Positions 1-8,230 of a DNA stretch of 37,233 nucleotides are shown here, piece by piece. Source of the stretch: Patescibacteria group bacterium. Lineage in GTDB: Bacteria; Patescibacteriota; Patescibacteriia; PEXW01. The first letter of the stretch is position 1; every line of letters starts with the position of its first letter. The stretch spans positions 1-37,233 of the forward strand of contig JBBTVB010000006.1 of NCBI GenBank assembly GCA_038063455.1, in the 5' to 3' direction. Under the pieces are notes generated by a model. It had not been told where the DNA came from, ran no database searches, and worked only from the letters and a program-made list of their open reading frames with translations. The position numbers and the translations under genes were made by a program.

Positions 1-1646
1 CATACCCCCCTAACCCCCTTAGCAAGCAACCTCTTCCAAAGGTCCCAATCTTGATACCGCTTCAGGCTTTCATCAAAGCCAATACAGTGCTCACGTCGCA
101 GCAGGGACATGGTGGAAATATAGTTGCCTTTGAGCAAGCGCTCACCATCAAAGTCGAACAAATCAAACGTATGCCAGCCAAACTTGAAGTCACAATAGGC
201 ATAGCCAGCTTCGGGGTGTAGTAGCAGGGCACGGACCATGTTCTCGAGCATGGTGGGCTGCAGCTGGACGTCAGCATCGCAATAGAGCACAAAGTCCCCT
301 GTTGTTTTGGCAAAGCCGGCATTGCGTGCTGACGGAGCGCCCTTGTTTTCTTGGCGGATGAGCTGGACGCTGAACTTCTTAGCGATTTCAGACGTGTCGT
401 CTTTGGAACCATCGTCAACCACCACGATGTGGGTTGGTTTTAATGTTTGGGCTTGGAGGCTGGTTAGGGTTTGGTGGATGGTCTTGGAGGCATTGAATGC
501 GGGTACAACAACGTCAACCTGAACTTTAGGAATGCTTATGACAAGCTGCAGTAATTCGGCAATGCGCTTACGGCGGGTGGCCCAGCTAAACTGCTCTTTG
601 GCAAACTTGCGGGCGCGGTCGCTGTAGCGCTGCAAGCGAAGCGGGTCTTTGAGGAAGGGCTCAATAGCTTTGGCAATTTCATCAGCCTCGCCAGGCTCGA
701 CCAATTCACCGGTGATACCGGGATTAATGGTTTCGGGTATGCCGCCGGTGTTGCTGGCCAGCACAGGCAGACCATGAGCTTGGGCTTCTACGCTCACTAA
801 ACCAAAGCCTTCTACATCGCCGTGCTTGCCTTCAAAACTGGGAAAAACGAAGAGATCCGCAGCAGCGTAGGCCAGGCTGGTGTCTTCTAAATTGTTGACG
901 ACGTGAATGCGCTGTTCCAGGTGGTGCTTGGCAATGCGCGCCCGGATGTTCCCTTCTTCCGCGCCCCGGCCGACAATGAGGTAATGCAGGTTTGGGTATT
1001 TTTCTGTTAGCGATGCGAAGGCGTCTATAGCCAGCACATGGCCTTTGCGTTGGACGAGGCGGCCCACGGAAAGAAGTAGTTGCGCGTCCTGCGGAAGTTT
1101 GAGCGTCGTGCGTGCCTCTGCCTTGCTCACCACGGTCTCGGGTAGGTCTGCGCCGGGGGTTATGATTACGCGTCGGCTTTCGGCCACACCCAAACGCTGG
1201 AGGTGGGTATTGGTAAAATTGCTATTGGCGATGACTAGGTCGGCCTGCGGCAAGTTCTTCCGCAACATGCGGCGGCGCACGCCCCCGGCCGTGTCATAGC
1301 TCAACACGTCCATACCATGGGTAATAACCACAACCTTGGTGCCGTATTTTTTGCGGCAGCGCAAAGCCGCTGCCAGGTAGGGCGCGTAGTGACCGAGCAC
1401 AATGAGGTCGTAGTCATGCTTCTCGGTGTAATGCTTGAAACTCTTGTACGTACCTAGCCAACGCGGGCGGATTTTACCCGTCAGCAGAGGTGTCCGAATC
1501 ATTTTCCAGCCGGCCACCACGTCCGCGCCTGGTTCGGTGAGCACATCCACATGGATATCTTCGCGCTGACCAAAAAGATTCGCCAAAAACCGCTCCACGC
1601 CGCCGAATTGCGGGAGAAAGGTAGTAGAAATTAGCAGGACGCGCAT
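1..1646 (-). CDS. Fused glycosyltransferase, N-terminal GT4 (RfaB-like) plus C-terminal GT2; 3' end runs off the window
   Basis: Not in the ORF track because there is no stop in the window. My translation from ATG at 1646 (MRVLLISTTFLPQFGGVERF) gives GT4 motifs SVGRLVQRKGH and EGFGLVSVEAQAHGLPVLASNTGGIPE. It continues in frame into VDVVVPAFNA, VVVDDGSKD, GAPSARNAG, YCDAD and YQDWDLW (GT2). Confidence 0.9.
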   Translation of the reverse strand, partial: MRVLLISTTFLPQFGGVERFLANLFGQREDIHVDVLTEPGADVVAGWKMIRTPLLTGKIRPRWLGTYKSFKHYTEKHDYDLIVLGHYAPYLAAALRCRKKYGTKVVVITHGMDVLSYDTAGGVRRRMLRKNLPQADLVIANSNFTNTHLQRLGVAESRRVIITPGADLPETVVSKAEARTTLKLPQDAQLLLSVGRLVQRKGHVLAIDAFASLTEKYPNLHYLIVGRGAEEGNIRARIAKHHLEQRIHVVNNLEDTSLAYAAADLFVFPSFEGKHGDVEGFGLVSVEAQAHGLPVLASNTGGIPETINPGITGELVEPGEADEIAKAIEPFLKDPLRLQRYSDRARKFAKEQFSWATRRKRIAELLQLVISIPKVQVDVVVPAFNASKTIHQTLTSLQAQTLKPTHIVVVDDGSKDDTSEIAKKFSVQLIRQENKGAPSARNAGFAKTTGDFVLYCDADVQLQPTMLENMVRALLLHPEAGYAYCDFKFGWHTFDLFDFDGERLLKGNYISTMSLLRREHCIGFDESLKRYQDWDLWKRLLAKGVRGV

Positions 1647-1650
1647 TGGC

Positions 1651-3156
1651 TCAAGCCGAACGACGTCGGAGAAAGGCGTTGCGCACAGCTATGAACTCGG
1701 ACGGGTGAATGCCGCGGAAAAAGTAGAGAGCCACACTGTAGACGCACAGGAAGACTACACCAGCCAGCACTACTTCGGCATGACGGCTGTACACAATCCA
1801 GTCGAACGCCTGCAGCACCGGGTAGGCCGCAATGCCGGCCACAATAGACGCGCCGTACACTTTGGCCAAACGGATGCACAGCGACTTCCAGGGCACGCTG
1901 GTGACGCCCTTGGTCCAGTACATGCCCAAGCTAAACAGGGTTACGCCGCTCACCAGGGTGGCAATAGCCGAGCCCATGTACGAAAACTTCTGCAAGAGCA
2001 AGGCATTAAGCGAGATGTTTACCAGCACGGTAATGGCCATGCTCACAGTATTCAGCCGCGTGCGGTTGGTGGCGTTGAGCAGCGTGCCCACCGGGAAATT
2101 CATAAAAATAACCGGCAAACTCAAGATGAGAATCCGCAACGGTTCGGCCGCGGGCTGGAAAAAAGGTTTGAACGCCAAGCCCAGCACTTCTTCCGCGCCC
2201 ACAAATATGAAAATCGAGAGTGGCACGGCAATAAGCATCATGTACGTGAGCGCGCGCTCAAAGGTTTGCTGCAATTTTTCTTTGGCGTCCACAAAGTACG
2301 AGCTCAAGGCTGGGTACAGGCCGGCCGCAAAGGCGGAGGGTAAAAACTCCAGGGCAAACGTCAACTTGTGCGCCACTTCGTAAAACGCCACGGCCTCTTT
2401 ACCTTTAATTGCAATAAGCAGGTAGCGGTCGGCGTAGGTGTACACTTTTACCAGCAGGGCGGCAATCGCAAACGGCAAAGCCATTTTGAGCAAGTCTTTA
2501 ATAAACTTACTCTCCCACACCAAGCGCGGCCAGATTTTAAGAAAGTGCCGGATGGCAAAAATTGACCAGCCGAAGTTGAGGATGCTACCGAGCAGGGTGG
2601 CAAAGAACACCCCTTGGAAGCCCAGGCCGAGCTTGAGCGTGATGTAACCAACAGTCACGGATACTATCTGGTTCAAAATCATGCCCGCGGCTTCGTACTT
2701 CATGTTCTGCAAACCCCGCAGCACGGCAAAGAACGACAATGTAAACGTGTCGAACCCGACAATGAGGGCTACCAGGTAGAGCGACGACTGCACATCCTGC
2801 GTGAAATTACCGAAGTTGGTAACCAACCCAAACGCCGCCAGCACGACAATGGCAAAAAGCAATTTAATGCCCAGCACGTGGCCGAGCAGGCTTTTCACGC
2901 TCCCCGGCCGCCGGGCCACTTCCCGCGTAAGCACCTGGGACAACGAGAAGTCGATGAGGATGAGCGCAATGGGAATGAGCGACTTGAGCGGACCGTACTC
3001 CCCCGTCTTGCTGACGCCAATGCTGTTGACGACCACCGTGTAGTAGACAAAAGAAATAAGCTTCTGCAGCACAAACGCCCCCGTGAGGTACGAGGTGTTG
3101 CGGAGAATCTTGGACTGGCCGCTATTCACGTCGGTGGTTGGCACGGCTTTTACCAT
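1651..3156 (-). CDS. Wzx/MOP-family oligosaccharide flippase (polysaccharide biosynthesis transporter)
   Basis: About 500 aa, highly hydrophobic, with ILRNTSYLT, LIDFSLSQVLTREVAR, YADRYLL and LYPALS motifs; next to a glycosyltransferase. Start moved to MVKAVP (3156) because a -10-like TACACT lies 6 nt upstream. Confidence 0.88.
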   Translation of the reverse strand: MVKAVPTTDVNSGQSKILRNTSYLTGAFVLQKLISFVYYTVVVNSIGVSKTGEYGPLKSLIPIALILIDFSLSQVLTREVARRPGSVKSLLGHVLGIKLLFAIVVLAAFGLVTNFGNFTQDVQSSLYLVALIVGFDTFTLSFFAVLRGLQNMKYEAAGMILNQIVSVTVGYITLKLGLGFQGVFFATLLGSILNFGWSIFAIRHFLKIWPRLVWESKFIKDLLKMALPFAIAALLVKVYTYADRYLLIAIKGKEAVAFYEVAHKLTFALEFLPSAFAAGLYPALSSYFVDAKEKLQQTFERALTYMMLIAVPLSIFIFVGAEEVLGLAFKPFFQPAAEPLRILILSLPVIFMNFPVGTLLNATNRTRLNTVSMAITVLVNISLNALLLQKFSYMGSAIATLVSGVTLFSLGMYWTKGVTSVPWKSLCIRLAKVYGASIVAGIAAYPVLQAFDWIVYSRHAEVVLAGVVFLCVYSVALYFFRGIHPSEFIAVRNAFLRRRSA

Positions 3157-3199
3157 AGGTACAGTGTACCTTGGGCAGCACTGGGCTGCCAACGCATGG

Positions 3200-3757
3200 T
3201 TAGCGCTTCTGCCACTGCGGGGCGCGGCGGGCGCGCTTGAGGCCGGGCTTCTTGCGTTCTTTAATACGCGCGTCGCGGGTTAGCAAGCCAGCAGCCTTCA
3301 GCGTGGGGCGCAGGGCTGGGTCAAGCAGCAGCAGGACGCGGGAAATGCCGTGGGACGTGGCGTGGGCTTGGGCATGGGTACCACCGCCGTTGACCTTAAT
3401 CGACCAGCGGCCTTTGGCCCAGCCGGTAAGGGTCAGTGGGTACTTAGCCTGTTCAATCCAGGAGTCAAAGCTCAAGTACTTTTCCAAGGTTTTGCCGTTG
3501 ATAACAATTTCCCCGGTGCCCAGGGTGTAGTAGCGCACGCGGGCAATGGCGCGCTTGCGTTTGCCTACGGCAAAGGTGTAGGTCTCGCGCGGAGTCAGCT
3601 GTTCCTGCACCGAGGCTGGGGCTGCGTGAACAACCGCTTTGTGAGCAACTTCTTTATGGGCAACTGGTTTATGTGTAACAGCTTTTTTTACTGCCGTTTT
3701 CTTGACGGTAGGTTTCTTGGCGGCAGACTTCTTTGCTGGAGCTTTGGCAGTAGGCAT
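3200..3757 (-). CDS. rpsI: 30S ribosomal protein S9 with Ala/Lys-rich N-terminal extension
   Basis: GKRKRAIARV, VNGGGTHAQA, LLTRDARIKERKKPGLKRARRAPQWQKR. Confidence 0.97.
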   Translation of the reverse strand: MPTAKAPAKKSAAKKPTVKKTAVKKAVTHKPVAHKEVAHKAVVHAAPASVQEQLTPRETYTFAVGKRKRAIARVRYYTLGTGEIVINGKTLEKYLSFDSWIEQAKYPLTLTGWAKGRWSIKVNGGGTHAQAHATSHGISRVLLLLDPALRPTLKAAGLLTRDARIKERKKPGLKRARRAPQWQKR

Positions 3758-3760
3758 GAG

Positions 3761-4126
3761 TTAAGCTTTTACCACGAGGCGCTTGAGAATGAATTTACGG
3801 GTGCGGTTCTGCGGCAGCATACGCTTGATTGCCGTAATGAGCACGCTAGTGGGGTCTTGGGCCAACTTGTCGCGCAGGATGGTCTCGCGCAAACCGCCCG
3901 GGTAACCGCTGAAGTGGGCGTACTTCTTGGTGAGCAGCTTGGTGCCGGTCACGCGGATTTTACTGGCGTTGGTAATAATAACCTTCTCCCCACTAATGAC
4001 ATCGGGCCGGTAGCTGGGCGTGCCTTTGCCGAGCAAAGTGTAGGCAACCAAGGAAGCAAAACGGCCAAGGACTTTGCCGTCGGCATCCAGAGTTATCGTA
4101 GTGGTTGGGGGGGTAGGCTTGCGCAT
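3761..4126 (-). CDS. rplM: 50S ribosomal protein L13 (short form)
   Basis: LDADGKVLGRFAS, LLGKGTPSYRP, SGYPGGL, AIKRMLPQNR; adjacent to rpsI. Confidence 0.96.
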   Translation of the reverse strand: MRKPTPPTTTITLDADGKVLGRFASLVAYTLLGKGTPSYRPDVISGEKVIITNASKIRVTGTKLLTKKYAHFSGYPGGLRETILRDKLAQDPTSVLITAIKRMLPQNRTRKFILKRLVVKA

Positions 4127-4132
4127 AGAAAT

Positions 4133-4480
4133 TTAGACGAGTTCCAAAACCGCGATCTTTGCTGCATCGCCCTGGCGCTGGTGGGCCAAAATGCGGCGGG
4201 TGTAGCCGCCTTTGCGCTCTTTGTACTTGGGGCCCAGGTCGGTAAGCAGGATGTGCACAGCTTTATCGGTAAAGGTCTGGTGCAGCTTGCGGCGGGCGGT
4301 TAGGGTGTTGGCTTTGGCGGTGGTAATAGCGCGCTCCACAATGGGCTGCACGGCTTTGACTTTGGCCACCGTGGTCTGCACGCTGCCCAGCAGCACAACG
4401 GAATTGGCCAACGACCGCAACATGGCGTTGCGTGGGGCAGCTTTCCGGTCGAGGGTGGGGCGGGTCTTGCGGTGGCGCAT
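4133..4480 (-). CDS. rplQ: 50S ribosomal protein L17
   Basis: MRHRK, RNAMLRSLA, TTVAKVK, ERKGGYTR, RQGDAA. Confidence 0.97.
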   Translation of the reverse strand: MRHRKTRPTLDRKAAPRNAMLRSLANSVVLLGSVQTTVAKVKAVQPIVERAITTAKANTLTARRKLHQTFTDKAVHILLTDLGPKYKERKGGYTRRILAHQRQGDAAKIAVLELV

Positions 4481-4485
4481 AGAGC

Positions 4486-5247
4486 TTAGTCTTCCTTTTT
4501 CTCTTTCTTAGCGGGCTTCTTCTTTGGTTTGGCCTCGGCTTCTACAGCTACAGTCTCTTCCGGCACCGAAGCAAGCAGGTGCTGGAAGTGCTCGGTGAGA
4601 ATCTGGCTTGCTTCACGGAAAGCTGCACCCGGGGTAATCGTGCCGTCGGTGCTGATCGTGAGCGTCACTTTGTCGTAGTTGGTCATCTGGCCCACGCGCA
4701 CGTTGTCTACTTTGAAGTTGACGTTGCGAACTGGGGTGTAAATGGCATCAATGGCAATCACACCAAGGTCCAAGCGTTCTTTCTCGCGCTGCTCCACCGG
4801 GATGTAGCCGCGACCTACGCCAATGGTCAGTTCCATTTCCACGTCGGCGGCCTTGTCGGTGAGGTGGGCAATAACATGCTCGGGGTTGCGCACTTCCACA
4901 TTGGACGGGCACTTCAGGTCGCCGGCGGTAAGCACTTTCTCGCCTTTGGCTTTTACCATGACCGTTGCGGTTTCGCCTTCAAACATGTGCATGCGCACAC
5001 CCTTGAGGTTAAGAATCAGGTCGACCACGTCTTCCTGCACGTGTGGTAGGGTAGAAAATTCGTGCGTGGCGTTGCTGAACTTCACGCTGGTAATGGCCGC
5101 ACCCGGCAAAGAGGACAAGAGCACGCGGCGCAGGGCGTTACCGAGGGTGGTGCCGTACCCTGGGTAGCAAGGCTCCACGACAATTTCCGCGGCGTTGGGG
5201 CCGGCGTCGGTGAGCGTTACTTTCGATGGCAGTTGGATGCGTTCCAT
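4486..5247 (-). CDS. rpoA: DNA-directed RNA polymerase subunit alpha, apparently lacking the alpha-CTD (253 aa)
   Basis: EPCYPGYGTTLGNALRRVLLSSLPGAA, HEFSTLPHVQEDVVDLILNLK, GRGYIP, IDAIYTPV, RVGQMTNYDK; ends in a short acidic/Lys-rich tail. Confidence 0.97.
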   Translation of the reverse strand: MERIQLPSKVTLTDAGPNAAEIVVEPCYPGYGTTLGNALRRVLLSSLPGAAITSVKFSNATHEFSTLPHVQEDVVDLILNLKGVRMHMFEGETATVMVKAKGEKVLTAGDLKCPSNVEVRNPEHVIAHLTDKAADVEMELTIGVGRGYIPVEQREKERLDLGVIAIDAIYTPVRNVNFKVDNVRVGQMTNYDKVTLTISTDGTITPGAAFREASQILTEHFQHLLASVPEETVAVEAEAKPKKKPAKKEKKED

Positions 5248-5269
5248 AAGCGTAGGGGGCTAAAAATGT

Positions 5270-5878
5270 TTAGCGGGAATAATGTTCGACGATGAGCTGC
5301 ATGTTGAGCGGCTGATTAACGTCCGTGGCTTCGGGCAACCGGGTAACAGTGCCGGTTTGCGCGTCCTTGTCGAGTTCCAACCAGCCAGGCACGTCGGTCT
5401 TGCCCTTTAGGCGTTCAGCAACCGCAGCCTGCATCTTGGTTTTGTTCTTGCCTACGCCAATAACTTCTTTGGGCCGGATGCTGTAGGAAGGGATGGTGAC
5501 GCGCTTGCCGTTGACCGTAATGAGCCCATGGCCCACGAGCTGGCGGGCTTGCGCGTGCGTGGCGCCAATGCCCAGGCGGAAAACCACGTTGTCCAAGCGG
5601 CGCTCCAGGTTTTGGAGCAAGAGTTGACCGGTGTCGCCTTTCTTGGTCTTGGCTTTTTTAAAATAGTTGGCAAACTGGCGCTCGAGCAAGCCGTAAATGG
5701 CTTTGGCCTTTTGCTTCTCGGCTAGCTGGATGCCGTACTCGGACAAGCGCGACGTACCCTTGGGGCCGTGCTGACCCGGCGGGTATGGCCGGCGCTGGAC
5801 GGGGCACTTGGCCGCGTCGCAGAGTTTGACGCCGTAGCGTCGGCAGCGAGCATGTTTGGGTCCGGTGTAGCGTGCCAT
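5270..5878 (-). CDS. rpsD: 30S ribosomal protein S4
   Basis: MARYTGP, PPGQHG, SEYGIQLAEKQK, LERRLDNVVFRLG, ARQLVGHG, IVEHYSR. Confidence 0.98.
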   Translation of the reverse strand: MARYTGPKHARCRRYGVKLCDAAKCPVQRRPYPPGQHGPKGTSRLSEYGIQLAEKQKAKAIYGLLERQFANYFKKAKTKKGDTGQLLLQNLERRLDNVVFRLGIGATHAQARQLVGHGLITVNGKRVTIPSYSIRPKEVIGVGKNKTKMQAAVAERLKGKTDVPGWLELDKDAQTGTVTRLPEATDVNQPLNMQLIVEHYSR

Positions 5879-5884
5879 AGGGGT

Positions 5885-6361
5885 TTAAACGCGGCGCACT
5901 TTCGGCTGGCGGACGCCGTTGTGCGGGATAGGGGTAATATCTTTGATTGAAGTAATAGTCAAACCGTTGGCGACTAACGAACGCACCGCAGCTTCGCGGC
6001 CGCTGCCAATGCCTTTGACGCGCACGTCGACCTGCTTGAGGCCAACGTCACGGAGCTTTTCTAAAATGGATCGCACGACGATACCAGCAGCGTAGGGTGT
6101 ACCTTTCTTCGGGCCGCGGAAACCTTGGCCGCCCGCCGAGCCCCAGGCCAGCACATTGCCGCCGAGGTCAGAGATGCTAACAATGGTGTTGTTGTACGTA
6201 GCCTGGATGTGCGCAATGCCGTGCTGCACGAACTTCTTGCCCTTCTTGGTCTTCTTCTTTTTCTTGGGGGCGTCTGTGCTTTCGGCTTTCGGCGCTTCGG
6301 CACCGGCTTGTGCAGCCGTGCTATCGAGGAGTTGGTCGAGAATTTTATCCGTGTCGGCCAT
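5885..6361 (-). CDS. rpsK: 30S ribosomal protein S11 with N-terminal extension
   Basis: AHIQATYNNTIV, GFRGPKKGTPYAA, KGIGSGREAA, DITPIPHNG. Confidence 0.98.
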   Translation of the reverse strand: MADTDKILDQLLDSTAAQAGAEAPKAESTDAPKKKKKTKKGKKFVQHGIAHIQATYNNTIVSISDLGGNVLAWGSAGGQGFRGPKKGTPYAAGIVVRSILEKLRDVGLKQVDVRVKGIGSGREAAVRSLVANGLTITSIKDITPIPHNGVRQPKVRRV

Positions 6362-6366
6362 AGGTG

Positions 6367-6756
6367 TTAGGTCTTTTCGTTAGCAGACTTGCGACCACTG
6401 CCCATAGTACGGCGGGTGTTGCCGCGCACGGTGCGGGAGTTGGTCTTGGTGCGCTGGCCGCGAACCGGCAAGTTTCGGCTGTGGCGCATGCCAATGTAGG
6501 AATTGATTTCTTTCTTGCGCTTAATATTCAGCAACACTTCGCGGCGCAGGTCGCCTTCCACCTTGTGTTCCTTTTCAATCAGCTCACGCAGGCGGTTCAC
6601 TTCCGCTTCCGTTAGGTCGTTGGTGCGCTGCTCGGGGTTGAGCTTGGCTTGGGTAATAATGTTGACCGCGTTCGACGGCCCAATACCGTAAATGTACCGC
6701 AAGGCAATGCGGAGCGGTTTGTTTGGCAGAGTGATACCGGCAATACGTGCGGGCAT
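6367..6756 (-). CDS. rpsM: 30S ribosomal protein S13
   Basis: [34 protein letters not shown]. Confidence 0.98.
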   Translation of the reverse strand: MPARIAGITLPNKPLRIALRYIYGIGPSNAVNIITQAKLNPEQRTNDLTEAEVNRLRELIEKEHKVEGDLRREVLLNIKRKKEINSYIGMRHSRNLPVRGQRTKTNSRTVRGNTRRTMGSGRKSANEKT

Positions 6757-6760
6757 AGAG

Positions 6761-6874
6761 TTATCCTTGACGTTGCTTGTGCTTGGGGTTGCTGCAAATC
6801 ACGAGCAGCTTCTTGCCCCGGCGAATGACGCGGCACTTGGGGCACATCGGTTTTACGCTTGAGCGGACTTTCAT
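6761..6874 (-). CDS. rpmJ: 50S ribosomal protein L36 (zinc-binding type), 37 aa
   Basis: Below the ORF-track cutoff. My translation is [37 protein letters not shown], located between infA and rpsM. Confidence 0.97.
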   Translation of the reverse strand: MKVRSSVKPMCPKCRVIRRGKKLLVICSNPKHKQRQG

Positions 6875-6880
6875 TGCAGC

Positions 6881-7141
6881 TTATTTACGATAGGTGATGC
6901 GACCTTTCTTCAGGTCGTAGGGGGTCATTTCCAGAATCACAGTGTCCCCAGGCAGGATTTTAATGCGGTTCATACGCATGCGGCCGGACAGGTGCGCGTG
7001 CACCATGTGCTCGTTGGCAAGCTTCACCCGGAAGGTGGCAGACGGGAGGAGTTCCTCCACGATGCCTTCCACTTCCAGAAAGCCTTTCTTATTCACGCCC
7101 CGGGCTTCTGGCTTAGGGCGGTCAGTCGTCGGTTGTGGCAT
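6881..7141 (-). CDS. infA: Translation initiation factor IF-1
   Basis: [53 protein letters not shown]; likely start MPQPTT at 7141. Confidence 0.96.
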   Translation of the reverse strand: MPQPTTDRPKPEARGVNKKGFLEVEGIVEELLPSATFRVKLANEHMVHAHLSGRMRMNRIKILPGDTVILEMTPYDLKKGRITYRK

Positions 7142-7280
7142 GCCGTAGAGAAAAAAGATATCCCCGCGGAAAAAGTGCGGGGCCTGCACAACTCCCTCCC
7201 CAAGATGGGGATGGATAAGTGTACAGCCGGGCGGACCAAAGTCGGGAGCAGCAGGAGGCGGGTTGTAATAACTAAAATGC

Positions 7281-7309
7281 ACTGTACCAAGCCGCAGGAA
7301 GGGTGTCAA
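7281..7309 (-). promoter_or_regulatory. Sigma70-type promoter for the infA-rpsI operon
   Basis: Minus strand TTGACA-17 nt-TACAGT with TG at the extended -10 position. Confidence 0.7.
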
Positions 7310-7390
7310 GAGTTAGGCTAGGCCATACTGATGGTTTATACCGATGTACAGAACAACGAAGTTTTGGCTGAACGGTTTATTGTGGTCAAT

Positions 7391-7544
7391 CACGTATTGA
7401 TAGCCCTTTCTGGCAGCAGAAAGGGCACAAAGACTGCTGGGGGCCTGCGACGGAACACTGGAAGCAAAAGGAATAATACGTATGGGATGCTTCCGGCGCA
7501 GTCCCCCAGACCCCAGAGTACTAAAGGTACCCTCTCTATAAGGG
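7391..7544 (-). repeat. Dispersed structured repeat, copy A
   Basis: Minus strand CCCTTATAGAGA..GGGGTCTGGGGG-[variable]-CCCCCAGCAGTCTTTG-GCCCTTTCTG/CAGAAAGGGC hairpin-ATACGT; closely matches 34315-34480. Confidence 0.85.
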
Positions 7545-7573
7545 AAAAAGGAAGTATGCATTGAGAGTATTCA

Positions 7574-7710
7574 GGGGTGCAGGGGGTGATCGCTGAGCCA
7601 CGGTTTAGTGAGTTTTCATTGCTTCCCGGGTGCGAATCGAGCACCCCCTGCTGGTGTCTTTGGGCACCACCCTTTCTTGCCACGAAGAAAGGGTGGTATA
7701 TCCGTGCTCA
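7574..7710 (+). repeat. Dispersed structured repeat, copy B
   Basis: GGGGTGCAGGGGGTG-[variable]-CACCCCCTGC, TCTTTGGGC linker, ACCACCCTTTCTT/AAGAAAGGGTGGT hairpin; same architecture as copies A and C. Confidence 0.8.
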
Positions 7711-7796
7711 TACATCACGTTCTCGATATCCATGACTTCGTTGTTCAGAATCAACACGAGTATCATTAAAAAATCTCAATCCACTAATGTATATAA

Positions 7797-7997
7797 TTAC
7801 TTCTCCAAACGTTGCAAACGCTTTGCTCCCAGAAAAGTTACGAGCATTGCACCCCACACTGGCAACAGGAATGGCTTGAGCGGGGCGTACCACAGGCTAG
7901 CAAACGTACAGGCTACCGCTATAACCAAAAGCGCCAAGGCACATTTTGCCAGAACTTTTTTGCGCGTGCGCAAACGCTGGAGAAGTTGCTCGTCCAT
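7797..7997 (-). CDS. Small hypothetical membrane protein with two hydrophobic segments
   Basis: 66 aa; hydrophobic stretches ALALLVIAVACTFASLW and FLLPVWGAMLVTFLG flanked by basic residues. Confidence 0.5.
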   Translation of the reverse strand: MDEQLLQRLRTRKKVLAKCALALLVIAVACTFASLWYAPLKPFLLPVWGAMLVTFLGAKRLQRLEK

Positions 7998-8033
7998 TAC
8001 TATCTCATTATTGTGTGAACCTAAACTAATCCC

Positions 8034-8058
8034 AAAAACCGCCTAGGAGGCGGTTTTT
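8034..8058 (-). terminator. Intrinsic terminator, potentially bidirectional, overlapping the stop of the 60-aa ORF
   Basis: AAAAACCGCC-5 nt-GGCGGTTTTT perfect inverted repeat with A/T tracts. Confidence 0.7.
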
Positions 8059-8225
8059 GAGTTGAGCTGGTCGTATTTCTTAATAAGCGCCCGCTGGTCT
8101 TCGCTGGCCTTCCGAATAACCCGTTTAAATAACTTCTTCTTTTCTGCCGAGGAAGCATTACGAAAGAAGTCCGAAAAGTCATTCTCGGGCTTGGATTTGC
8201 CTAGTAATTTTCGGAAAAAGTCCAT
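8043..8225 (-). CDS. Small basic helical protein, partner of the zeta-toxin-like gene (putative antitoxin)
   Basis: 60 aa, FSDFFRNASSAEKKKLFKRVI; starts 5 nt after the zeta-like gene stop. Confidence 0.7.
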   Translation of the reverse strand: MDFFRKLLGKSKPENDFSDFFRNASSAEKKKLFKRVIRKASEDQRALIKKYDQLNSKTAS

Positions 8226-8230
8226 AATGG

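Noticed and set aside
3350-4303. 317-aa plus-strand ORF antisense to rpsI/rplM/rplQ, and similar long antisense ORFs elsewhere
   Set aside because: Shadow ORFs from codon bias of well-supported genes on the opposite strand; no motifs.
7391-7710. Repeat copies as a CRISPR array, tRNA or simple terminators
   Set aside because: There is no regular repeat-spacer period, no cas gene and no cloverleaf or T-loop. The hairpins lack U-tracts and conservation extends well beyond a terminator.
7331-8046. ORF-track calls 7313..7561, 7331..7564, 7390..7683, 7630..8046 and 7708..7893
   Set aside because: They overlap the structured repeats or the 66-aa ORF, and have no recognisable motifs or start signals; probably spurious.
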